Shown here piece by piece: positions 15,001 through 27,464 of a stretch of DNA of 64,000 bases. The stretch's first letter is position 1; each line of letters starts with the position of its first letter. Location: contig BDGG01000019.1 of the NCBI GenBank assembly GCA_001949185.1, positions 411,770 to 475,769 of the forward strand. Direction: 5' to 3'. The DNA is from Ramazzottius varieornatus. Lineage: Eukaryota; Animalia; Tardigrada. The position numbers and the translations under genes were made by a program. A model generated the notes under the pieces. That model saw only the letters and a program-made list of their open reading frames with translations, was not told the origin of the DNA and ran no database searches.

Positions 15001-17053
15001 GGCAAGAAAGAACCCACAACGCAGAGAGGAAAATTGGCACTACCCGAATGATTTTGAAGAGGCCGTAATATTCTGGCAACTGACGAACCGATAACCCAAA
15101 CACGTTCCCCACTGCCATAAGAACGCAGGTGAATTTTCAATGTGATGTTTCTTGAATAGTGTCTCGTGTAAGGCACTTACACTGGCTTGTGAACACGTGA
15201 AAAGCGGCGGCACAGGTGAATCTAAAAAACGACAACAAAACAGATGAACGAAGTGAACAACGGACGTGTTAAGAGGGTGAGAATCTCTCGTTGTCAGACA
15301 AGCATCGAGTTCGCTGACGTCTTCACGGATCGTCTTTCAATGTTTGAGTACGTACCCTTGGACAAGTTGATCCGACAAGTAGACAGTCAGGGCACCGAAA
15401 CCGAGAACGCCGAACAGCAACTACAAAAATTCACAGGATAATCAGCAATAGGGAAGTGACAGACGAGAGGTACAAGATTTTTATTTAGAGTGGCGCACGT
15501 TTCCGTTATAATGGGCTGAGCGTGCGCCACTCGAAATACATAACGATCGTGCCGTGTTTGACTGTCTTCCCAAGAGGCGCACGTTCTCGGTGTCGTTAGC
15601 TGGGAACGTGCGTCACTCGAAATCACGATCTTTGTACGTTTCGTTTGTCAGCCTCGCTGTTGCATTTCACCGTATTTTCACTGTTAAGTTTTTACATTCA
15701 AAAAATTCGAATGGAAATCTGAAGAGGTTTTCAAATTACTGAGACTGAAATAGAATTACCTGCCATAAGCCAGTGAGGAATGCGGCGGCCATTCCCACTT
15801 GCATTTGTTTCATTTCCAGAGGCGTGAAGCCACCCGGCAATTTCGGGACTTCCATAGTACCGTTGAAAGTCCCGTTCCCCATGAAATCCGTAATGTGTGG
15901 GTTGGCTTCCGAGTGACCAGCGTACGTCCCGATGATCTTGCTGGTCATCATGCTGATGACGGCGAATGTTCCCAGCGAACACTGCCGACTCGTACCTATA
16001 CCGAAAAACCCCTCTGGTTACAGCCAGGTTGAGCCAACCGATGACAGGTTGAGACTGGCTTCGAGTAGCACTCACCCATCAGAAAATAAAACAGCGTTGG
16101 AATAAAAGAAGTATAGAGTCCACAGACCTAAACATTGGACCACAAGGACTAGAAAGAGCGATCAATTCCTGTTCGTGAAATGGAAACTCTCCAAACAAAA
16201 CACGACCATAGCGGTTTTTCCGTGTAAGTGGCGGGTGCATCCAGCCAGTAGCATCGAACTGATGCGCCTCTTGGAAAAAAACGATCGGGTCGAGTTTGTT
16301 TGTTTGCCGAGTTCCAAAGTCAATGTTTCCGCTCTTAGGGTAAAACTTACGGGAGGAAGTCCGGCTAAAATTGAGTAGGCCATTCCTTGCGGAACGTTCA
16401 TGACACCAACCGTGATGCCTAGATTGAGAACACATCTTGTTCTGTTTTGCAGCACCAAGAAAAAGTGTCGATTAGGAAAGCTGAGTTATACCCGCGATGA
16501 CGTCAGCAGCGATGAGACGTCGGAAGTCGTATTTAGGGATCCAATCGAGGGCGGGAAACCATGTCTTGGTCCAGTCCCAGGCACAGCGAGGTCCACACTT
16601 GTTCTTGGCCAGCTTCCGTGTCCATTTCTTTCTGACAATACGCTGGATTTCCTGTGATGGAGTCAGAGCCGGACCTGGCTCACGCAGTCCATACGTTTCG
16701 TTAAACCTGGAAAAATTCGTAGCACGTTCAAATGGTAGGAAAAATCAACCCCTAGGGCAACTTAACCTTCCCAACCACGATTAATATCATGCTCAAGATT
16801 TAAGGTATTCTGTTCAATGTTCCATTTGCATTTGATAGTCTACGTTGGTACGACTGCTATGTACAAACATTTTACTATGTTGTGGTCGCCGTGGTAAAAG
16901 CACTTCCACATACTAAGGCAAATTGCAGGTGAGATACCTAGGTTGGTTCAAGATGGGTCGATTCACGCGAAGTTGACTGTCCGGACGTAAACTGCACGTC
17001 CTACCATGAGGACGATCCAGGTGGTCGCGGGGCTTTAAATTATCATCCGTCAT
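12056..17053 (-). CDS. SLC26/SulP anion transporter paralog 2
   Basis: MTDDNLKP...DVIAG|ITVGVMNVPQGMAYSILAGLPP|VCGLYTSF...GTSRQCSLGTFAV...[10 protein letters not shown]...PIYFAN...DCSEVCFVDVTGV...[11 protein letters not shown]. Probable last exon ends DKKF* at 12056. Confidence 0.93.
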
Positions 17054-18297
17054 GGTAAATTCCGACTACAACACGGCCAAGTGAAAACTGAAAATCCGAC
17101 AGGACTGAGGCAACGAGGGCCAAGAGTTAGGCGAGAAAGCAGCCAGTCAAACCACCGAACCAAAGATGGATCGGTCAGAAAATTCCCGCCATGCTGGATC
17201 ATAGAAAAGGACTTGACGAAAACCACATCCTGGTTGGTTCGGACGCACAGTGGCGAGTGGTCACCCAGTCCACTCGATGCAATGCTTTAGCTTTGCTCGA
17301 CTGTCTAGACCATCGGGAGTGAGACGTTCTGGGCGAGAGAGCTCACAGCCACGTCTTGAGCATACAATCCGAAAGAAAAGTGAAAGATCTGTCCGAGTCA
17401 GGTGGGCCTCTTTAAACCGAACACAAGACTGTTGCGGTGAACACTAAACAAACCCATCTGACACATACAAGCCGGAAAGGCCTAATACTCACAAGTCAGT
17501 CGTACTGGTCTACAATGCTTTGAGCGCGAGGTCGACAAATGGGTCGTAAGCAACCACACCGACAAGAGAGAATTGTTTTGACGACAAGATGGATTTGGAG
17601 ACTCAAATTCCAAGGCACCTTTCCAGAAATCAGTCAGCTATGGAAAACATAAGTGCTCTACAACAACAAGCCTATACCCCCGAAATATGTACCTTTTGTT
17701 CTCAACAAGGAGCGTGACAGCGGGGCCTTGAGAAACTGTTGACTTCAGGACAAAAAGAGCGGCGTATCGTCAATTTTACGCCTTGTGACTTTTCAATCTT
17801 TCCAGTTATGACTTCTCCCCAAAAACGTCACTTTGTGTCCAATTTTATGCTTCTTCATGAACATCTATCGTCACTAGTTATTCGATATTCGTCCATTCAA
17901 TTTTGCCAGAAGTTTACTGATATTTAACTGGGAATTACTGTAACTCGGCAAACAGCCCGACCCGATCACTCACCCCAGTGGCGCACGCTTCCAGCCAGTT
18001 CCGTTAGATACAGTAACTGGCGCCACTTGAGAAAAGATCTGGTTGACTTTGCTTGCCAAGCTCCAAATCTTTTATTTTTCAGTTCTTGTTTTGCCAAAAT
18101 CATCAGCTAGTTTCGCTCAGCAACAAAACACCGAGCACACGAACAAAAATCCTGCAGGAAAACTAAATCTTGTTCAAGATATTTCCACCAGAAACTGTAA
18201 TAAATCAATTCAGGATTACCTCTTTATTCTCCATTATTGCCATACCGTAATTTACGGACAAGTTCGGGAAAGGAGTCCACTGTGAATTTGTGGTAAG

Positions 18298-18642
18298 ATG
18301 GGTAGCGGGTTTTTGGGAACGGTCAAGACGCTGCTCGTTTCGATCGCCCTAATTTGGACCCTGTTTGTCTTGTACGAGCTACGCGAGGCCTTTACGGACC
18401 CTGCTGCCAAGGAGAAGGCTCGACAGCGTTTGATCAACGACTTGCAACATTTCTCGCAGACCAGCAAGACCTTCTTCGAGCAAGGGAAGAATGCACTGTA
18501 TATTCTAACGACCAGCTACAAACTGCAGCTCCACGTTTTCGCTGATAACGCCATCGCCTTCGTGCAAGACATGACTCAAGGCTCGTTCCTTGAGGAACTG
18601 GTGGGGATGCCGGCTGCCAAAGTCGAACATTACGACCTCTAG
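18298..18642 (+). CDS. Small uncharacterised protein with N-terminal signal/TM segment (114 aa)
   Basis: Single ORF with coding-like codon use, hydrophobic LLVSIALIWTLFVLY and an AT-rich 3' UTR-like region. Ends EHYDL. Confidence 0.7.
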   Translation: MGSGFLGTVKTLLVSIALIWTLFVLYELREAFTDPAAKEKARQRLINDLQHFSQTSKTFFEQGKNALYILTTSYKLQLHVFADNAIAFVQDMTQGSFLEELVGMPAAKVEHYDL

Positions 18643-19057
18643 AAACGCTGTTTCCTTCTAATGTTTTACAAAACTTGGATATTATTTCATACTTTAGATT
18701 ATCGTTATTATGTTTGGGATAGCTTTCTCTGTGAGAAAACTAAATCAAACGGCAAGATTCTGAAAGTTGAAAAATACGGGTACGACAAGATTGAGGAAAA
18801 AGTAACGAATCACGAGCATTTCACAATGAAAACATTAAGGTGAAAAACATGAGGGAAGTTTTCAGGTTAAAAAAATCGAACGACAGGTTAAAAATAATTT
18901 GGTTAAAATTTAGAAAAAACGCGCTTGAGAGCTAGGAAGTTAGCTTCAAGGCACGGTTGCGAACTAAGATATAAATTACGAAACGTTTTTCTCTAGTAAA
19001 ATCTGTTAGTACGTGAGTACTTCCTAAACACAGAGTTTTCTCGACGATGTGTCTTCC

Positions 19058-22000
19058 TCAGACGTCCACACTGGCCACTCCTCCCGACACTGTCAGCGAC
19101 TACAAAACAACTTTCGTAAAACAACACTGTAAAGCTGTTGTGCGAAAGTACAGTAAGTGACTTTAAATACCGGCTTCCGCGGACCATCGTGCTTCACCGC
19201 GAACAAGACCGCATCATGGACAGTCAGATACAGCTGATCGGGTCCAACGCGCTTGGTGAAACCGCTCAAGAAAAGGGTTTCCCGTAAATTCGCTAAAACA
19301 AAATACCACACACATGGGAAAACGCCAAATGAAACATCCAAGATCGTTATCTCAAGTGGCACAAACTGCCAGCCTGTAGCAACGAGGAGGTGCGCCATTG
19401 GGGAAAACAAGCAAACTCGACGAGATCTTTTCCCAAGTAACGCACGCTTTCTCTGTTATTGGCTGGCAGGGTGCCCCACTTTTGAAAACCATCTGGTCGA
19501 CATTATTCGAGGTTTTTCGCTGGTTTCGTGAGAAACAACAACAACATACCTTTGCAAGAAGCCATCAAGAACTCGATACCAGCCTTCCTACATTCCAGCG
19601 CCATCTTCTCGACCATCTCCACGCCCGTCACGTCCATGTAGCACACGGACGAGCAGTCGAATATCACATGGTGCGGTAGACTACCCGACAGCTTCCGACT
19701 ACGAAGTGACTCGCTTCTGTCTCTGGGAGGCGTCAAGACCAGTGTACCAGAGTCGACTGAGACTTCTGCCAGCTGACCCAAACGCAGTTGACCCACGTTT
19801 GGGTCGACTTCTTCGTCGTGCCATGTAGTGGGTGCGAAGCTCTGATACTTGGATCCCCGTCGGTGTCTCCGGCGTTCGGGGCTGGTTGGTCTAGACTGGG
19901 CAGGCTCGATGACAGTGTCGAGTTCGCAGAGCTCGAAGGTAACGCGGCGGAAGTATTCGGCGTTGGCGAAGTACAAGGGAGCATCTAAGCGGATGATCTT
20001 GATACCAGGAACTTCCATTGCCTGTAAAATACCGTAGAAGAATGGCCAAAGAATTGACTCTAATTATTTATTAACACTTAAAAGACCACGCAATTCCGAG
20101 CTCTGGGAGTACAAGGGGGGTAGATCACCTTCCCCAATTTTCAACTGGCTGAAATCATGGGGTGGGTCAAATCGGGCCAATCACCACATGTACGCTTCGC
20201 ATTTTTCGAGTAAAATGCACCACTAAGTGAACCAAAGTGCCAGACCTTTTTAATCTGCTCTGACCACTGGTCACACAGCATGGAACATACTGGAGCGCCT
20301 AAGACGGTACCAATGTACTAGCTCTGTGTCCAATTTTTAAGGAGGCTTTCCGTCAGCCAGCTCTTGAGTAAAAATTTGGTCTGTCAACTCAAGACACAAT
20401 CTGGTCAAAAACGAAATATTCTCTCGAAATTTTCAGAAAGCTGCTAGCCAGTTCACGTCTTTCTTAACTGGATGCGACAAAGTTTCCGAAAGCAAACGTG
20501 AAAATTTGAGACGAAAAGGTTCAACAGTAGCCATTCCGCAGGGCTTTTGGGGTGCGCCAGGCAACCGGGGTACCCCCTTGGTCTTTTAAGTGATAAGAAA
20601 ACGAGTATAAACTTGTCAGCGTTAAAATATGCGCAAGCTCGATTCTGGTCAAATTTTTCTCTTCTCAACCGAGCCTTCAAATAACTACCACGAAGGTTTT
20701 AAATCTAGTTGCACTTACCGATTTGTAGGAGTCGAGTCGTTTGTAAATGTCCGTTTGCGGTACGCGCCCCAGAAGTCCCACTTCGGGTCGCTGAGTTCGC
20801 AGAATCACAGTCAGCAAGCTGTAAGACAGTCCAACAAGAAGGCCGGAATCGACGTCAAGTAAGAGAACGGCAAGAAGAGCCACCACGAACACCGACGTGT
20901 CTATCAGCGAGACCTTCCACAGCCTGCCAATCTCGGTGACTTGCTTCAGCATGTTGATTAGTGCCACCATGATGATGGCACCTAAGCAGGCTTCTGGAAG
21001 AGGCTCTAACAGGTGACCTAGAGCCAGGAGAACTACTAACACGAAGCATGCGGCCACAACACTGACAATCTACAAAGCAAAGATAGCTAATTAACAGTCT
21101 TATCATGATATACAGAACCGAGGCGAACAAACTCAGCAAAGATCGATCGCCAAGTGGCGCACGTTTCCAGCCATCCACACTAAAAAAGTGCGTTCACTTT
21201 GAGAACACCCGATCTCGACAAAAATTGTTTTTCCAAGTGACGCACGCAGTCAGCCGAAAACACCAAAAATGTGTGCCACTCGAAATACGGATCTTATCGA
21301 GTTTGTTTGCTCTTTGCCGAGCTCCTAAAATCCACATTCGCGCACCTGGGTCATGCCGCCAACGGCGACCTGCACAGCACTTCTCGCTAAGGATCCCGTA
21401 GCCGGGATACATTGGAAGAATGAGCCGAAAATGTTCATGGTTCCTAGGGCTTTCAGCTCCTGCTTGGGGTCGATCTCATACTGGAAGCGTTGAGCGAAAA
21501 GCTTCCCCAGTGAGACCGTTATGGTAAATCCAACCTGCGTGAAAGAATTCGACTGGGTGATGAACTGCAGTTAGAAATATCAGATGGAAGGTTCCTCACC
21601 ACAGCGATCGCGAAGGTATCCATTAGAATCTCAGGAACTAAGGTCATGTCAGGTATCTGCGGTTGCGGGAACCCGACAGGAACCTTGTGTACCGTGGTCA
21701 CATTGTACTTCTCTCGGAGTTTCATGGTGTAGGAAGCGACAGCTCCGAAGACTATCACGAGAAGTTCGGAAGGCAGTGGAAACTTGATCCATGCCATCAC
21801 CCTCCTATTCTCGTTGACGAAATACCTGAAGGAGGGGAACGCGTCTTCCTCACTACTGGCATTTCCTTCATGAGTTTGGTAATGTGGAACTCTGCGGTGG
21901 TTACTTGAAAAACAGAAGAACCCCGATGCACGTCAGCGATATTGCCAGCGTGGGCGGATGTGTGTCTTTGATGCGTGAGAAAAAGTTCCCGTACGACTGA

Positions 22001-23626
22001 AATCACAAAAAATCGCTTTTTTCCGGCCCCACGGTTATGCCACGGGGAGAACCCCAGAAAACATGTGTATAGTGCAGTACCTTGATCAGCTTGAAGGCAC
22101 CAGAATGCGAAGTCATATTCCTCAAGCCGAACACCGGCTTCAGCTGGCTGGTGAAGACATGGAAGGAAGCCCCACAGGTAAACCTAAAGATATTTTGCGC
22201 AAATCTGAATAACGGAAAACAGTCTTTGGCCATCTGTCATGAACCTGCATACAGCGACTCCATGACATCGGATGCCAAAATGGAATGTGATGCACATGCT
22301 TGACGAACGTCTCACAGTTGTCTATTTGGCCCTTGTGTACCTCCATCCGTGTACCCAATGTAATCTGCATGTTGTGAGTATGCAGGTGCGTCAAACTAAG
22401 TAGAGTCGCTACTTCGACCACCCGTGTTTTCCGCCACACCAAGGTCGGAGTATCTCGCATAAACAGCTTCATGAGCCATAACATACCCTTTGATGAGCTG
22501 GTCGGACAAGTACACCGTCAACGATCCTAAACCAAATAACCCAAGTCCCATCTAAAAACAAAAAAACAACCTTATGACCGTTGTAAACTTCGTAAGAACG
22601 GAACTGTTCGGTGTTTATTGACCGTGAAGGGCTGTAGAAATCACCTGCCAAATGCCGACGCAGAAAGCAACGGTAATCAAGGCATAAACCCTAGCTGCCA
22701 CATTTTCCTCATGTCCTTCGTTATCCTGTGTCCAGTTGGAAGCCAGACCGGCATCGGTTAGAACCTTAGCTTCTCTGTGTTCGTAATCCCGGACGATCTT
22801 GCTGGTCATCAGGCTGACCACCGCGAAGGTCCCCACCGACACATGCCGCGAAGTACCCATCAATGTGTACATCAGCAAGGGGAAAAAGCTCGTGTAGAGG
22901 CCGTACACGTGAGGAACACCGGCCAGCTTCCCATAGGCCATCCCTAAAGCCAGATAGATATCAAAAGGGTAAAGAGTAATACTACGGAATGAATTTCAAC
23001 AAAACCTGACAACTGAAATGAACTCGCGCATGAGGTAAGAAACAACAACGAGAAGCAGCGAATCCGCAGTGACGACATGCGCTACTTGACATTACCTTGT
23101 GGGATGTTCATGATTCCAACGGTTATACCTGCAAGAAAATCAGAGTTGACCCACTCGATCTTGTGAAACGAGAAAAAACTGTCTTACCAGCGATTAAGTC
23201 TTTGAGCAAATTCTGGCGAATATCGTAGCGTGGAAGCCATGTCAAAAGAGGGAAAGCCCGGAAGACTTTCTTCTTGATGATACGGCGACAGTCCGTTCTT
23301 GAATGAAAGGTGCTGTGCAATTTTCTGCCAACTTCTCTCTTTAGCTTGACCCATGGAGTGGCTGGTACATTGTGCTCAAGTGATTCGTTGTTGTCATCAA
23401 ACCTTGAACGACATAGACCGGAAGTGAATACAGGAAATGGAATACACGTACAGTATATTCAGGCTGTCACCGAGGCTTACTTTGCTTGACTGAAGATGGG
23501 TCGATGGATGCTAAAGCGGCTGGTGCTGCAGCTCTGCCGGAGCTTCTCGGCAATCCCAGGGCTCTTGGCGGATGATGTGTTGGGTTCCGTCAGGATCACT
23601 TCTTCGCTGTGATTATCGTACGTCAT
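19058..23626 (-). CDS. SLC26/SulP anion transporter paralog 3
   Basis: MTYDNHSE...DLIAG|ITVGIMNIPQ|GMAYGKLAGVPHVYGLYTSFFP...GTSRHVSVGTFAV...[10 protein letters not shown]...PLYFAN...DCSSVCYMDVTGV...YLTVHDAVLFA. Probable last exon SLTVSGGVASVDV*. Confidence 0.93.
20075..20592. mobile_element. piggyBac-like non-autonomous element in SLC26 paralog 3 intron
   Basis: Perfect 14-bp TIR CACTTAAAAGACCA (20075-20088) / TGGTCTTTTAAGTG (20579-20592). Flanks are TTAA and ATAA (TTAA TSD with one change). Confidence 0.6.
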
Positions 23627-24400
23627 TCTCTCCTGTCCATATGGAGGCAAAGTGTTTCCGTCCGCGGGATCAGCTGATTACTGCCCATCTGCGACGAGAC
23701 AAGCAGCGTTAAGCACAGGGATAAGATTGATACGACAAATGTATCGCTGTCTTCAAAGGCAGGTAAACAAACGATATCGCTTTCCACCGAATTTCACGCA
23801 GCGGAGAAAACTGGTTTTCTTCTTCAGAGAAATTTAGTGCGCAGTGCGCAGGACGTACACTGGTCACTGGTACTAAGGTGGTTAACTCTGCCGCGGTTAA
23901 CCAGGTACCACTTTGCCGCTCAGCTGGGTAATCTAGGCGAAGCGGAATATCGCTGTGTGGACCGCTTCGCTTGTCCCAGCTGATATGTCCAGATCGTAAA
24001 TATTTCCGAGAAAAGTCAACTGTTTCATTCGCTCGAACTAGACAGGCCGCCCCCCCCTTTTCATCAATCGGCAACTACCCTGGTTGCACTTTGATAAGGA
24101 GAGGACGGAATGCCATCACGTGAAATCGTCAATAGAAACGTTTAGCACTCCAGCACTGAAGCCGGAGGAGCAAGGCCTGTTTGTTGACGAAGCCAGCAAC
24201 GAGTTTCATAGATCGCTGACGGCATTCACGGTTGCCACCACAAGTGTGTATCACATATCGGCATTCCGTGCCATTACCCACCTACATGTCTTCTTGTTTA
24301 ATATTTGTAGGAAACAATCCAAGCGATTAAGCGGACTTTGGAGTCGGCGGAAGGATTACCCCGTTTGTTGGAGCAGATTTTACGATTTCGGTTTCCTACC

Positions 24401-27400
24401 ATGTCCGTCTCGGTGATGTCGACTGAACCAGCAGAGGAAGCCATGTTCTCCATGGCCGGTATCATGTTAGATTTTGACAGCGTCAGCTTGGCCTCTCGAA
24501 CACCTTCTCCTCCGACGAGCGCTTCACCGACGGGTCGACGAAGCAATTCTCCACTGACTAAGCAGCGTATGGAGGTACTGTAATTATTTAATTTTCCGAA
24601 CCGTTTTCGAGTTAATCCGGGTCGAGTGTGGTGCGCGACTTGATCGAGGTCGAATTTGGTGCGCGATTTGATCTGAGGTCTTTTGTGTTTTCAGAGCATC
24701 AGCGAAGAAGCTCCACCGGTGGAAGTGACCGTCGTCCAGCTTCTGCCCGATTTCGACGGGAGTCTCGAAGACATGGTTTTTGCTGATCCAGTCAGTTACA
24801 CGGAAGAAGAGTTGTCGAACCTACAGACGGAATTTACGATAGACGATTCCCTCGGTGCTGAAATGGCCCAGTTCGAGACCGGTGGCGGTGGCTTCATTCC
24901 ACCGTGTCTGCTGCAGAAAATTGTGGATAGTACCGACGATGTCGAAAGTTTGGACCCCGAGAAGGCCAAAAAATGCTTTCAGCCGGTTCTGCTGAGCGAA
25001 ATGTCGTCCAGGTAATTAATGATGCCTTCCAGCTTGCACATACTGTCTTGAGATAATTGCCTATTCATCAAGATGTTTGTTTACAATTTAATGGATTCAC
25101 GAGACTTTTGCTCACTAGAGTAGTGCCAAATGCCGTGAAATCTTTGCGCATTTTGCAAAGTTATTCCAAAGCTTTTTTTGGTACACTTTGAACCGGTGCG
25201 CGAGTTGATTTGGGTGCTGTGGTCGTTAACTTGGATCCACTCGCGCAGTGGGTGGGTTGTTTTGCTGGCATGGTGCGCGGCTTTTGTGGACTGGACGAGG
25301 TCTCGTGTTGTTTCTGTACAGTTAGGCACTCTGGAATGTTTTCGTCGTGCTCAAATTTTGCTTTTTGTTTGTTTTTACAGTCTGTCGATGACAAAGGAAG
25401 GGTTCATCCGGATGAACGATTACAAAATTTCCTTCGACTCTATGGGCGGCGGAAGGCTGAGCGAAGTTCGCGTGGCATTCAACGAACGTGACCAGCAGCA
25501 GTACGCCGTCAAGATCTTATCGAAGAAAAAACTGCAAACATACAATCTGCTGTTAAGGTAATCCCTTTTGAATACTCTGGAATTCTTGATGAAGACTCTG
25601 ACACGACTGAACGACGATTCTCACGCTGTGGGAATATTTTAGGGCATTTTAAGTTAAACGAGCTTGAGCACCCTCATTACCTGGTGCACTCGATGATGTG
25701 TTGTGCACAGCGAGTACCCCACTTTATGGAGGTCAATTATGTTTGGGTTCGATCTCCCCTAGAGTGTGATCTTCTTTTACGCCAAAATTTACGGGGAACC
25801 AAATTGCGTAATGTGCTTTGCAGGACATCACGAAATCCTCTGGAGGAAGCTTACCGGGAAATCGGTATCTTGCAAAAGCTAAATCACCCGAACATTATCC
25901 AGCTGGTGGAGGTCGTGGACAAGCCCGACGACGACAACATTTACATAGTCTTTGAGCTTTTGGATCAGGCTCTGATGGATCTTCCCACGGGTATGTCGCT
26001 TTCATTTTGCTAAGTACCAACAAATGCTTGCTTTCTGTCCGCTTCTTGTTTAAATACCCTGGATGCATATTGAAGATCAGTGTCACGCAATCTGACACGT
26101 GCATGTGTTGTGCCTTATACCCTTTATCACTTTTGCCAAATGTGGAGCGTGAATTAGGTCTTGAATAATCACGAGCTCCTTTTTGTGCTGTCACAGAATC
26201 TCCCTTCTCCGAAGACGAAGCCAGGAAGTTCTTCGTGGAAATCCTCCGAGGAGTCGAACATCTTCACTCGAACAAGATCGTTCATCGTGATCTGTGAGTT
26301 TGATTTCCGTGAAACATGAAGTAATAGAAACTGGAGCTCGGAAAACATACTCAACGAGATCGTTTTTCTAAGTGACGCACGCTTTCAACGTTGTTGGCTG
26401 AACGGATGCGCCACTTGGTAAAATGATCCTGTCAAGTTCCTGTTTAGCTCCAAAATATTTTAGTGACGGAAAAGGGCGATTGGTTTGCTATTTTGAAACT
26501 GCCAGAGAATTTTCCCATATTTTCAGAACGTGATATTTGAGTGAAACTTTTGTTTGCGTTGAAACCTTGGGCTGTTTACCATGTCCGTAAAATTTATTTC
26601 TATCTGCAGCAAACCCGACAACATGCTATTGAGCAAAAAAGGTGTCGTAAAGATTGCAGACTTCGGCTTTGCGGATAATCTTCCAGATAACGAAGCAGAC
26701 GACTCAGAGTCCGACAACGATGTCAACTGCGAGTTCGTCAGTGCAGTTCACGGAACACCGGCCTTCACGGTAAATTTCTGCTCTGGTTAGAAATCTCTAC
26801 CGCTGGTTTCCGTTAGCGTTACGAGTACGGTAGTTCGTGGTCTGATCAATATTTTTGGGAGCTCGGCAAATGGAAATCACAGGACTGGTTTCCCAAGGGG
26901 CGCACATGTTCGGTCTCATTGGCTGAAAGCGTACGCCACTTCAAATAACGATCTTATCGAGCTTATCTTCCCAGGTGACGCACTTTTCCAGTATTGTTAC
27001 CTGGAAGCGTGCGCTTGTCTTGTCGAGTCTGTCAACTTAGGTCTTATTTCTATGATGTTTTTGTTTCATCATAGCCTCCGGAATGCCTTCGGCAACGCAA
27101 GCATCCCGTTTGCGCTTTTCCCCTGGATCTCTGGTCTCTCGGCATCACCCTCTACGCGTTGGTGGTCGGTGACGTGCCCTACAAAGGCGACACGATGCCG
27201 GCACTGTTCCAGGCCATCCGTACAGCCAGCGTCGAGTACCCACCACAGATTGAGCTGTCAACAGCACTCAAAGAGCTCATTTCGCGCCTGTTGGACAAGA
27301 ACCCGTCCACACGCATCCGCATGGAGGACGTTCAGGCTCATCCGTGGCTGCAAATGGGACGGGATGCGGATGTTGACGGGCAGACTGGTGAGAGCCTAGT

Positions 27401-27464
27401 CACGAAGAACGAAGGCCTCCACACGGTCATTCCACGCCCGGAAAACGATCATGTGCGCTCGTGA
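24401..27464 (+). CDS. Divergent CaMKK-like Ser/Thr kinase (7 exons)
   Basis: YAVKILSKKKL, PLEEAYREIGILQKLNHPNIIQLVEVVDKPDDDNIYIVFELL, HRDL|KPDNMLL, KIADFG, GTPAFT|PPE, DLWSLGITLY, LLDKNPSTRI...HPW. These match the CaMKK/Ssp1/Sak1 kinase pattern. Confidence 0.88.
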
